Origin: Girardia tigrina
Lineage: Eukaryota
Assembly (NCBI GenBank): GCA_001938485.1
Contig: MQRK01231274.1
Coordinates: 9,981-73,980, forward strand
DNA length: 64,000 nucleotides
Direction of reading: 5' to 3'
In this document: in pieces, positions 12,825-25,329 of the stretch
How the letters are laid out: each line of letters starts with the position of its first letter
How positions within the stretch are numbered: the first letter of the stretch is position 1
The notes under the pieces: model-generated
Databases searched by the model: none
Told to the model about the DNA's origin: nothing
Seen by the model: only the letters and a program-made list of their open reading frames with translations
Translations under genes and position numbers: made by a program

Positions 12825-13140
12825 TATTAGTGACTAGTAACTACAAGTATAGGGAAGCTAACACAATTGACTAAATTATATGAAACTGCCGACAAAGCTA
12901 TATCATAAGGATAATAATTGTTTGCAGCAAAACGGACGGATTGGTTTTGTGGCTGCGGCGCTTTGGCACTGGGGGGTGGACTGCGGGACGGGAGGGGTAT
13001 AGACACAATAATGGCTCACCCAGAGAACGCATCGACTCGCCGCACGAGTAACAACTTCAATCTCCTCTTTTTTCATCGCCACCTTTTGTGAAACTTGATT
13101 GAAACGCAAATTACTTTTCATTCAAATCAAACAACTAATA
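12825..13140. mobile_element. GC-rich solo-LTR-like or MITE-like insertion next to a (TA)n tract
   Basis: TATTAGT...ACTAATA terminal inverted repeat around a GC-rich core. Confidence 0.3.
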
Positions 13141-14189
13141 TAGCGCTTTAATTTTATAATAATAACAATTTAATTTATAATAATAATGTATTGAATGATC
13201 GAAACTTTAATAGAAGGATTTTAAAAAATGTTTCACGGATCACAATAACGAGAATTGTGAGTTAAGAAGTATCAAACGGTAATAAGTTAAGTTACTTTGT
13301 CTTTTCGTCCGGTTATTACGAATCAAAATTTGATGATTTCGATAAAATAGAAATTGATATATCTTCTAATTTTCCCTCAAAATTGGGTTTCTTTCCAGTT
13401 TAATGTTTTATTTTCTTTTTGTAGTTGTAGATTGTTAAATCTATTCGGACTTTAAATAAATATTATCGAGTGATTCTGATTCAATCTGAATTGGCGGGGG
13501 TTCACAACTTCAAATAAATTCGAGGATATATTCAGTTTAATGTCTTTACTTTATTTTTTTTGTTTAAACTTGGATGGATAAGTTATCGCCAACTTTCTTT
13601 TATTTTTTCTTAGAATAAGAGAAAGCAATTCAATTTTCTTGGTACAAAAAATAGTTTTAGTCGCTCAAACCAGTGAGTATAAATTATTATTGGATTCAAT
13701 ATTTCTGAATAAATATCATTTTAAAATTTTTAATTTGTATTATCCCATGGACAATTGTTCATGGGATAATTATTATAGGTGAGTTTTAATAATTATTAAT
13801 AAAAAAATCATGGATAATAATAATACTGATTAAATTATAATAAAGAATAACAGTAGAAACACTGCTAATAATAGGTGATTAGAAAAATAAAATAAGAAAA
13901 AAAATATAAATATAATATAGATAAAAAATTATTAAATTATATCTACATTATCCTTAAAATATACATAACTAATAGTAATTAGTATTTTCAACTGGCGTAA
14001 AAAAGACAAGTAATACATTAAACCACCTCTTCGAACGAACCTACCTTGGTGACTGTCGCCTCGTTTGTTAGCCTGGTGACACTCGCGACTCATGTGACCA
14101 GCCTCTCCGCAACTGTTATCTGTCAGTTATCTAAAACATACACTTAAAGAACGAAGGAAGTATCACTTGACTTAGTATCTCAGCACCCC

Positions 14190-15110
14190 TTAGATGATAT
14201 TTATAAAGATTTTTTTTATCAAAGTGAGAGTGCCAGTATCTTTTCTCGGGATGATTCTATTCATTATTTTTTTCGCAGCGTTGAGCATGATCGATTTATC
14301 GTTGAAACACGCTTTCACGTATTCGATCCGCGATTTCCGAGAGATTTTCTCACAATGAATTTCGGTCGGAACGATAAACTTAAAGCCGAAGAATGCCATA
14401 TTTGGTTCGATCGATTTGATTATGCCGACGAGTTGGTCAGGGTAAATCATTCGATTAGCGAGGAAATTCCCGATAAATTTTCAAACAGATTTTATCGATC
14501 TTTCGCGACTACTTAAGGAACAGCCGGACGGAAGGATGATCAACAGTTACAGTAAATGCTTTATCGATTCTGTTGAGTTGTTGTTGTTATTGACGATTGA
14601 TATCAATTGTTTTTCGAGAGAATAGATATAATAATCTTAAATGAGAAATACGATGATCGATAACTGATTGACTAATTCCCGTCACTCGACATGACGATCT
14701 TGGCCAGTCGATAAAAGCGCATCGTAAATCATCGATCAATTCATTCGGATGCCAACTGTGAAGACAATCGATCATTTGCGAAATGTTCTACCGAGACTCT
14801 TCACTGAAATCTCCGAAGACAATCGATCCAAGACCTGTCAGAAATTGCCCGGTGTCCTCACTGGAAAATGAACCGAACTCTGACTACACAAATGCATGCG
14901 ATAATGCCGACTCATTGAACCAATTGCAGAGAGAATTTTCCTCGATTGATTTTCGAGTAACGCTCACAATAACTTTTGAAAATTCAAATTTAATTTCAAA
15001 ATCTAGAGCAAAATCCTCTTCTATTTTTATATTTATTCATTAGTGAGCTAAACGAACAATGAAGGTCTTCAGCTGATTTAAGGTTTTTCAAAAATTTAGA
15101 GATTGGCATT
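14190..15110 (-). pseudogene. Decayed coding-like segment, unidentified
   Basis: Stop-poor frames and higher GC than the flanks (ORFs 14190-14450 and 14587-14775); no motif recognised. Confidence 0.25.
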
Positions 15111-15871
15111 TAAGTAGAAAAGTTATCTGAGTTTTGTTCGATCAAATATTTTTATCACGTATTTTCGATGTTCGTTCGAGAAAAAAAATTATACTTTTAT
15201 TCACACTAAAAATATATTTCAAAGTATTTCAATTTACATTCCACAAAGGTAATTCTCATTCAATTTTTTTTCAATAAAGCCACACCCTGGGCAGCAAAAT
15301 TTTTTACACTCAAAAAAACACAAAGGCCTAAAGATCACAAAAAATTTGAATCGTCCAATCACCCGAGAGAGAACTTTTAATACTGGCCAATTAGAAAAGC
15401 CTCAAAAATTACAATTAAATTACAATTAAACAACTAAGATGTGGTGGTTTAATTTCAGAAAATTTCTCATTTTCAATTTTTAGGCCATCATGCCATTTTT
15501 TATATATTAATTTGATTTTGTCTTATAATATTTATTTTATGTCTTATTCTACTATTTTTACTTTATTTACGTTTAATGAAATGAAAAAATATCTGATTTG
15601 AATCAAAATTATCAGCACAAAAATCATTTTCAAGATCGTCTATTTTGATACAACACGGAATTACGAACATTTGATAGTTCTTCTTCACTCATCTTTTCCA
15701 TCAATCAAGAACGAAAATTTGTAGAGAATATCAATAAAAGACAAAAAGTTTTTTTCTCATAAGATTTTTTGGTGTTTTTTTAAAGAAAAAAAAATAAAAA
15801 ATGTTTAATCATATCACTAATGAGACGATTGATTGCGTCATTGAAAAGTATTGCACATTTCGTTGATAAAC

Positions 15872-16430
15872 TAGGATGGGGCCTGGCCCGCTCCCGAGCT
15901 CGTAGCCCGTATAGAATTTTACACCCGTACCCATGCCCGCGCCCGTCCTTTGGTACCCGGCCCGAAGACAGACCTAAAATATATAAGTTGTTTAGCATTT
16001 CATATTACATAAACATAACAGACCAGTATATAGAGCCACTTGGAGGCCCAGGTCAGGTAATATATGTGCCCCCGATGTTCAGAAAAAAATAAATAAACTT
16101 TGTACGTTTTTATTAATCAAAAATTTATTTACCAAAATACATAAAATAAAAATATGATTCAAAATATCCAAACACGAAAACTAAATCTAATGAATAAAAA
16201 TTACAAAAGTACTTTTCGAGCCTTTAGAGCTGCGAAAGAATTTATTAAAAGAGAATAATCCACATTTCTCGCTATATCCAAATTAATATTCCGTGTTGTC
16301 AGACCATTTACACGATCCTGAGCCATTGTTGATCTAAAATAATTTATAATTCGTTTGACAGCGCTTAAACTTCTCTCTGTCATTGCTACGCTTACTGGAA
16401 TGGTTAAAAATATTCTAAGGGCAATTATTG
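15872..16430 (-). mobile_element. hAT remnants: CCCG-rich terminus and C-terminal dimerisation domain
   Basis: IALRIFLTIPVSVAMTERSLS...YFRSTMAQDRVNGL...KARKV; TAGGATG followed by repeated CCCG motifs at 15872-15965. Confidence 0.8.
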
Positions 16431-19400
16431 CCCTTGTTCGCATATTACGTAACGCAAAAGGGGGGGAGGGGTCAAAGACTTTGTTACGTTTTGTTACNGG
16501 GAGGGGGGGGAGGTGGGCGAGATTTTGTTACATAACATTTAATTCATATTCATGGCACTTGGAAGACTTTTAGATAAGTGTCATATTTAGGATGGCTACA
16601 CTTTGAATTTTTCTGTCAATTCAGTACCAAATAAAAAGTCACCTAATTTAAAGTTATTCGAAAATCTTTTGAAATTAATTCTCCAACTATATATAAAATA
16701 TTTATTACTTTAATATTGTTTCGTCTTTTCAATATTTTATATTCAATAATTTTATATTCTATAATGGATTTATGACAACATATCCACAAAAATCAAAGCA
16801 AGAAAAACAGAAGATGTGCTATGATTATTGGAATTCAATTAAGGCTAATGATAATTTCATTCAATTATTTGATGAAAAATTGAGCGAGTTGAAAGATGTT
16901 AAAAGGCAAAGCAAAGAATCATTAAAAAAATGTTTTAACTTTGCAGTCAAAAGCTTCAACATCAAAGTGCGAACCATCAACCTCTGTTTTATCACAATTA
17001 TTGACTACTCAAAATACAATTGCTACAATCTATTCAGCTTCTAGTTCTGTAACATCAGTTGAAAGCGTGATGAAATGTCCAAAGCAGGTCGAAATCAACA
17101 ATAAAATAAAAATAGTCTACAATGATTTACGTGATAAAGCAAACATGTTAACTTTGGATGAAAGAGAAAAACTTAAAGCTTTAGAAAAAGAAAAGGCTTC
17201 CTTAAAAAACAGATAAAAGATCTTCAAAACAACCAAAAAAGACAAAAAGATTTCCGCCTTCAAAGAAAACGAAAAAATGAAGAAATTTTACTCTCCAAAC
17301 CGGAATTGGCATCCCAATTTAAAATTCATCCCAAGAAAGGTAAGCCTCTCATTTCGGAGGAATATCCAGAATTGTTGTCAACCATAATAAAAATTGCAAC
17401 GCATGGAGCTGCAGCAGATGAAAAAAAACGCTGTGAGAATTTACGTACCATGAAAACGTTGAATGATTTTACAAAAGATTTACAAAATGAAGGTTTTGAT
17501 ATAGGAAGATCAACTGTTTACTACCATTTACAACCAAAAAATGTATGAACAATCGATGGAAAGAAACATATTACGACTGTTCCGGTAAAGCTTATTAAGG
17601 CAGAAAAAAGATCAACACAAGTCTCATCCAGACTTAATGTTTTGTACCGAAACCATCAATAATTTAATTGAACTGGCTTCTTTGCTTGGACCTGGTGAAG
17701 TTACAATAATAAGCCATGATGATAAAGCAAAAGTTCATATTGGAATTTCAGCAGCAAATTGTCAAGCACCTGTACTAATAAACTTGTAATACCGTTTTAA
17801 GTTACCAGATCATAACTGGATTGTTGCTGAAAACCATAAATTGATACCTTCAGTGTACGCAGCACTCATGTTGGAATCTGAAGGATATGGTGATAGAAAA
17901 TGGATTCAATATTCAGGACCAACTTATATTGCAACAAGGTCTGGTATGTAAAAACTACTCACATGCCCGAGACTTTGAAAGACTTTATGAAATTGATAGC
18001 TTCAAGCCTTTTTTGTTTAATTTGGAAGGGGATTGTAAGCCTATAGTAATTTTAGTGGTTGACGGTGGTCCCGATGAGAATCCAAGATACCAAAAACCAT
18101 TGAAATTGGAATCATTTTATAAAACGAAATTTAGATGCCTTGTTTATAGCAACAAATACACCTCATAGATCTGCCTTTAATCCTGTAGAGAGACGCATGG
18201 CACCTCTATCAAGACAATTATCAGGTTTGGTTTTACCTTTTGATCATTTTGGATCTCATTTGGATAATCGTGGCAGAACAACAGATTTAGCTTTGGAATA
18301 TGAAAATTTTAAGTTTGCAGGTGAGATTTTAAGTGAAGTTTTTGGAAAAGTTGTTATTGACGGATTTGACACCTTTGGTGAATTTATTGAGGAAGAATAT
18401 TCAGAGGTCAAAAGGTCAAACATTATTCAAAAATCTCAAGGTTGGATTTCTAATCATCTTAGGTCTACTCAGTACATGACTCAAATTGTAAAATGCAAAA
18501 ATAGTTCCTGTTGTGCATCTATACGAGGAAATTATGTAAAAGTAATTAATAATCAGTTTTTACCTGCTCCTATTCCTCTCGGTTATTCTCCAAAGATTGA
18601 ATTTGTGACTGCTTCAAAAGAGAAATTCAAATATTAATCTTTGTTTCAAAGTTTACATTTTGAGTCAAATGACATGGCGTATGACACACATTGTGCAACA
18701 TTAAAAGATAAAATAGATGAACGAACTTGTAAGATATGCAGTATTTACTTTGCTTCACTGACATTGTTAAAACAGCATCGAATTGTGCACTCCCTAAAAG
18801 AAAATCATGGCACAGCTGAATTGAAACCAAAAAGGATTCTTAAACGTCGTAATAGGGAGGTACTTGCAGTCTTTGAAGAGACAAAAGGTTTTGAAAATGT
18901 CGAATGGATAGATGCAGGGCCGCCGCGTGGGTAAGAGGCGCCTTTGTGCCAGATTATTTTCAGCACCCTTCCCCGAACTGAACCCCCATGTCAAAAACTA
19001 TGACTTGTTATGAATTTAATCATTAGAATATTTCCTATGAATACTTTTATTTTATAAAATAATTACAGGTTATATAATACGATAATATACAGGCATGGGT
19101 TATATACATACAATATATAATACTAAATCTAAGCAATCAATAAAATTTGCTTGTCTCAAACATATATTAAGAATTAGATTACTTTATAATTATTCATCAC
19201 TCAAAAATCAAAATACTTTTTACATATTTACTCTTCTAGCTTTAGCAGCTACAAAGTTTTTTATGAGATGGTTAATATCTATGGAATCCAAAATATCGCT
19301 TTCTATAGATATTATGGATAAGTCCGTTAATCGTTCTTCTTTCATGGTAGACCGTAAATAGTTTTTAATTAGTTTTAACTTAGAGAAACTTCTTTCTCCA

Positions 19401-22256
19401 GAAGCAACTGACACAGGTAATGTTAAAAAAATGCGTAATACAATAGTTATATTCGGGAAGATCTCATTTAATGTATTTTTATAAATGTAATTTAAAACTT
19501 CGTGAGGAGACAAGTCAGATTTTATAAAAATTGAATGGTTTTTAATTCTTCGTTTAGAGCTATACCATCAATATCTTCATCGTTTAAGTTTGTACCGTTG
19601 GTTAATTTTATATGCAAATCTTTGCAGTGTTTCAATAAATCCTCATTATCCCATTGTTTTAGTTGGTTGATGTTGTGTATTATTTTAAAATCTTCGTAGT
19701 GTTGTTGCAATTGTTGAAATCGTTCTGAAATTGACTATATAGTGGTGTCCAGAATCGCGAAGTAGAAATTAATTTTAATCGTTCACTGTATCATCTGATG
19801 CTTCGTAATCGAATAACTTCCTTTTTTTCGCTTTCGAGTTTCAGGGAAATCAGGCTCAATATCAAGTTCTCTAGCTTTAGCTATTTCAGACGTCATAAGT
19901 TCTTCAAATTTTTCATCAGTTCTAAGACTTTTTAAGTTGTTCAAAATTGAATTAAGATTTTCTGTTACTAATTGTAAATTTAGTAATTAGTAACATTTAC
20001 TAATTGTTACTAAATGTGGTCTTTTGCATTATTTTGCTGACAATATTGACAAGATTCAATATATCATACCAAATTGAGACGGAACACAAAAATTTAAAAG
20101 AACAAATTTTTGAAATTATATTATTTGCTTGAGCTCTAGAACCCATGTCTTTTGTCTGGTCATTAGTGATATCTAATAGAGCTTGATAAATTTCTGACAT
20201 ATATATTTTCAGAGGTTTCAGGGCTTCTATCCGACTTTCCATCTAGTTGCAGAAAGTGGTTTTAGGGTTAAGTTTTTAACGTATTTTTTAATACATCCCA
20301 CCGTTTCACACTAACTGAAAAATAATTATATAGTTCTTGAATCACACTAAAAAAATTTATTATGTCTCCCACGCATATTAGCTCCGTTATCGTACGACTG
20401 TCCACGTAAATCTGATATATTAATGTTCATTAATTTCAAATGGTTAATGATGAACTCGAATAAACCTACACCGGTTGTGTCAGTTACACTTTGGAATCCT
20501 AAAAAATGCTCACGAATTTCTGCAACATTTCTCGATTTATTGTGATAAACAAATCTTATGACAATGGTTAACTGTTCAGTATGGCGTATGTCTGGTGTTG
20601 TATCAAGAATGATTGAATAATATTTTGAAGAGTGGAGCATTTCTAAAATATTTTTTTCTAGCATCATTTATAATGCTAATTATTTCGTTTTGAATCTGAT
20701 CACCTAAATAATGACTAATATTCTTTTTCTCAGACGTTTGAACGCGACGTAAATGTTCAGACATTATTGGATCGAATTTAGCTATGGTTTCTATTAATTT
20801 CAAAAAGTTTCCGTTGTCGTTTTAAAAAAGATTTTTAGATAACCTCTAAATGCCAAGCATTGTCTTGATAAATACTGTATTATATGAATAATTCGTTCCA
20901 CGACCGATCGCCAATATTTTTTTTCGGTTTCGTAAAGTCGTTGTTGCCTTGCATCAATTGTACAATTTTTTTAGTGACATTCTCAATTCGCTATATTTTG
21001 AACTGTTTTTTATGTGCCCAACACTAGTTTCGTGATCTTTTAATATGTGGCTTAAGTGTTGCCAATCATTACAACCACTAGTAAGTTGTGTCAGACATTA
21101 ATTTGCAAAAGTAACAAAATATTGAATTTTGAGTTTTCGAATAAAGCAAATAACTCCTGCAATTTTTTTCCCCGTTGATAAATTTCGATAATAATAATTA
21201 TCAGAAAATTTACGTCAAGACTCATTTTTGGGAAGTCTTTCAAAATTAATTGCTTAGGATCATTTTCTATTAAACAATCTCTTAATTTTATATTAATTTG
21301 TTTTGACCAAGTAGCCGGATCGTTAAAATCATTTTTTTCGGAATCGGAATCGATTTTATTACTTTCTTTCGATTCGTTTTCCATTGTAGAGTTTGTGGAT
21401 ACACCAGAAGAACTTTGTGTTTCGAGATTCAGGTCTTGATTGTCTTCCGTTGCAGTCGTAGTAGGATTAATAGTTTTAATAGTGAATTTATCTAAAGAAC
21501 CTGATAGCTTTTGTCGAGCGTCTTCTCGCTGAAGTCTATTTTTCTTATTTTGCGCGCCTGATAATTTTGATTTTTTCCGATTCCAGACATCTAAGTATTT
21601 TAAGTTAAAATTTATTATACATTGTAATTATTTAATATTGTTATTCAATATATAATTAGTTATTTAATATTGTAAATTATACTTACGTTGAAATTTTATA
21701 ATGAATGCCTGATGAAAATCAATAAATATTTGATTTACACAGAAGACAAATGCAGTGGTGGTCTTGACTAGTCGTAAATTTGTGTAAACTTGACCAAACG
21801 TAAACTTGACTAGACGTAAATGTGAAATGCCGCGCGTCGCGGTGACGCCTTTATCGAACGAAGTTGAGCGATCTACACCGACCGCATCGCACGAAGTCAC
21901 TAGTGCGCTTTCATAGCATGGTAGAATAAGGTATACGTTGCGCCCGCGTTTCCAGTATCTCTCTAATAAATCCATATTTGTCACTTTTTTTTATCATTTA
22001 ATTTTTTTATATTTCATTTTAATTTTTTTTTATTTCATGAGGTGGCGCCGAGTGAAAGAGGCGCCTTTTTCACTCGGCGCCTTTGTGCAGGGCACAATAT
22101 GAACAATCGTACGCGGTGGCCCTGGATAGATGATAATGAAGTTCAAGATGTTTGGATGGAACCAGCAGAAGAAGAATTGACACATTTTCCTATAATAAGC
22201 ATCGAAAAGCACCTAAAAAATGATTTTTACGCGTTACGTATAATGTGAACGAGCCC
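16430..22256 (+). mobile_element. Zator DNA transposon, decayed, interrupted by a hAT
   Basis: Transposase motifs SHDDKAKV, LPDHNW...HKLIPSVY, VDGGPDENPRY, SAFNPVERRMAPLS and a C2H2 finger. Imperfect TIRs TTGTTCGCATATTACGTAACGC / GCGTTACGTATAATGTGAACGAGCCC. The frame resumes across the hAT (EWID|DNEVQD). Confidence 0.75.
18915..22124 (-). mobile_element. Full-length decayed hAT transposon (ZMYM1/DUF4371-type transposase, about 21590-19220)
   Basis: 14-bp TIRs CAGGGCC(G/A)CCGCGT; perfect 8-bp TSD GATAGATG (18907-18914 and 22125-22132); motifs LDTTPDIRHTEQL, GQSYDNGANM, TRWESR, PVSVASGERSFSKLK. Confidence 0.96.
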
Positions 22257-22289
22257 TAAGGAAAATATGGTGATGATATCTTAGGCGGA

Positions 22290-23720
22290 AATAATTTGCT
22301 CGCTTCCCAATAGTTTTACCTACTCACATTTCTACGACATCTATATAGCAGGTAATTCAGCCTCCTGCAAGATGTGTAACATGCGAAAAATCAGTACCAG
22401 CAGTCTAAAACTGCATCTGGATAGCAAACATCAAAAGATATCCCTAGCAAAGGAAAAGGGAAAAATGAAAACAAACAAGCTAACTCTTGTGTCGACAGTA
22501 TTTATAGACTCTACATCAAAGAAGTAGATTTATTTGATCGCAGTACATAAATGTAAGTTAACACTTGCGTGCAGCCGACACATTCTGCCTCTTTAATTCT
22601 TCTAGGACCCTTTGATTTCACAAGAATTTGGTTTGGCAACCCTAAATTATTGTTATGTCCGCGGTCATCTTCGCCACATGACTATCGCTATCAAAGACTA
22701 TTTGGTGGAAAACCACATGGGGTCTAGGACAAAATTGCTTTTGATGGATGGAAAAACGCAGTGGCACTACCAAAACATCTGCCTATTATTTTTTTCTTCT
22801 CTCGGGAACCATCTAAGACTATATTCATGCACAGTTTTGTGTTAACTGACACAACAGCGGCATCTATTTCGCACTGCATCTTTGATATCTCACTTAACTG
22901 TACAATTTTCAAATCACCGTTGTTTGTAACTTTATGGATAATGTCAGATGCATGGTTTTTGCCATGACAAAGGTTTTTAAAAAGTAATCCATTGTCTTTT
23001 CCCTTCAGTGTACGACCCAAGTGAGGAACTTTTTTATCCGCGATGCCCTCAACAACGTTGAATTCCTGAAAACATCGTTCCCTATTCAAGTAAAGTATAT
23101 TTTAAAGGGTGTTGCACAACGTTAAGGCTAGATTCGGTGAATAGTATTTTTGATCGACTTACCGACCTAAAGAAGTACTTTTGCATGATCAATAGCTCCG
23201 ATAAACTTTCCCTGTTAAACCGCGTGGCCAATATCATTGTGGCACCATCTCTATTCAACAAAGACTTGAACCTCGCATAAAACAAAATGCAGTAAGTGGT
23301 CCTATGTCTACAAAGAGTTTTATAATGATGTTGTTACTGCTGCTGAAATTGGTCGATACAAAGTGGTTGCTGTGGCTGAGAACCACCGCAATCTTCTGCT
23401 GAATCATCTTGTATTCTTCGACCGTTTGTGAAACAAGAGGTATCTATGACTGAAATATGTGAGAAATGTCTTTTAAAGTGGATGATGCTCTGCACATTTC
23501 CGATTTCAAGCAATTCGTTGCCGACCACAAATTGCATTCTGTTATTTTGATTTCACGACGATTGTTACTATTTTCTGAGCATGAAGTAAAGGCAATCAGT
23601 GTGAGTGAGGTAGCAGTTGAAAGATGTTTAGTTTGCCAAAACTAATTCACTAACTACTGTGATCATCTCTATCTAATGATCTTGTTGATTATATTCTCTT
23701 CATTCCTTATAATCATGTGT
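22290..23720 (+). mobile_element. Highly decayed hAT-like transposase
   Basis: BED-like CKMC...STSSLKLHLDSKH near 22365-22432 and SEVAVERCF near 23604-23630. Confidence 0.55.
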
Positions 23721-24487
23721 TTAAATATGATTTTTTCGGTCAACAGACCTGTGTAGATGATTACATCAATCCTGATCCAGTTATGACTTAACTGAATTAC
23801 TAGTGACATTCCTTCTTTCATGGCTTTTAAAATTGATTCATGAGTGAACATATGTTTTACAATAAAGGCAAATGCATACATCAGCCCTCCAGCAGCTATA
23901 TAAGAAAGTGAAATGTATTACGTTAAAAAAACACTGGACGTCCTTTTTCGTCCAACTACAAAACATACATAAAGCTTTTTTATTATCACAAGAACTTTAG
24001 TTTCTAAAGTATGTTTTAATGATTATGGCTAAATAAATATTAGTGTTTAAGACACATGGTGGGCTCTTATTCTGTGTGTTATAGGCCTTCTACGGATAGT
24101 TTTGCATACAGCAAAGGCTGACACTGTTCTCTATATGTCATATAGGTTTAATGGTATGGATTTTTACTTTTTCTCTAATATAATTTTCTAAATGAATACT
24201 TTAGTAAATTAAATTTTATTAAAAAGGCAGAAGCTGGTGTCAGATTCATTGTGTTTTAAAATATCGAAATGTGGATGTTTTGCGCCTATATCACTTTTAT
24301 AAATCAATTTAAAAATGTCAAAACGCCAAAGTTCGTTGTGGAATTTTTTTACCACACCAGTAAAAAGGACACTCATTGAAGTTTTTTTTTATAAAAAATT
24401 TATAATTTTTGCTATAAAATTCTCTTTACTACTTCGTTATTTTTTCAATTCACTATCTGTACCTTATTGATAGTTATAATAAATGTA

Positions 24488-25011
24488 CTTTATCACAAAT
24501 TTTAACTAAACATTTTGCATACTTAAGTGTGAATGGTGCTACAGCTTCTATACTGTGCACTGAGTCTTCATCTTCACAAGTTCAATAGTCATCAGAATTG
24601 TAAGTTTTTCTGTAATAGTCTTTTTGATTTCAAACTAATAGTTTTTTTTTTATTCTGTGTCGTATTACAATGAAATCACTTATCATTTATTAAGACAATG
24701 TGTGTCACCTTGGAAGCCCCTTTTCAACATACTTCAGAGAACATATTGAAAGACACCTGCTGAGATTGTGGAAAAGGTTCTGAAGTGACGAGAGTCACCG
24801 ATATCGATCACGTAAATTATCGCGTCCGCCCGCTCAAACGTGTCACCCAAGGACTCCGACTGTTCGATAATTTCAATTTCGATTTGAACGAATTTGAACT
24901 GTTTCGTTAAAACGAGTTTATTCGGTATATTTTCATATCCGCATTTCGGATCGGGAAATTCCGAATAAAGTGGCAGATCTTTCGCTTGTACTTTCATGCG
25001 AGGTCGTTCTC
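24488..25011 (-). pseudogene. Spliced, disabled atypical Ras-superfamily GTPase-like gene fragment
   Basis: FERADAIIYVIDIGD, a frameshift into SSLQNL, a 54-nt GT-AG intron, then LLV*NQKD (G4-like, probably GGA>TGA). No P-loop seen. Confidence 0.45.
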
Positions 25012-25329
25012 TGTCGAAATCAATTGGAATTCGAAAATAAAAAATGTGAGAATCAATTTGTGCAATAAAAAAATTCAAAAGATATCAATTAATTTATTTT
25101 CCGCTTAAATTTTCCGTACAAAGCTTCTATTATTAAAACAACACAAAATTATCTATTAACAGTTTTCGATCATTAAAAAATCAATTTTTAAATTTTTAAT
25201 TGAATTAAAAAGAATTTTTTTAATGTAAATCTGGATTTTTCTCAGCTCAAAGATTTCAGGGGTCGCAAATCCAATTGAGGCATTTTTAATAATTAAAAAT
25301 AAAAAAAATAAGTTAAATATCACATAGGA

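Noticed and set aside
2000-15110. Alternative genetic code (TAA/TAG=Gln, TGA=Trp), suggested by PSLNV*SD in Penelope and by protein-like read-through at 2000-3700 and 14190-15110
   Set aside because: All Gln codons in the intact PH gene are CAA/CAG. Mariner and hAT ORFs end at TAA in canonical positions. Internal stops in recognisable proteins align with varied residues (E, C, W, L, G, R, Q), which indicates ordinary decay.
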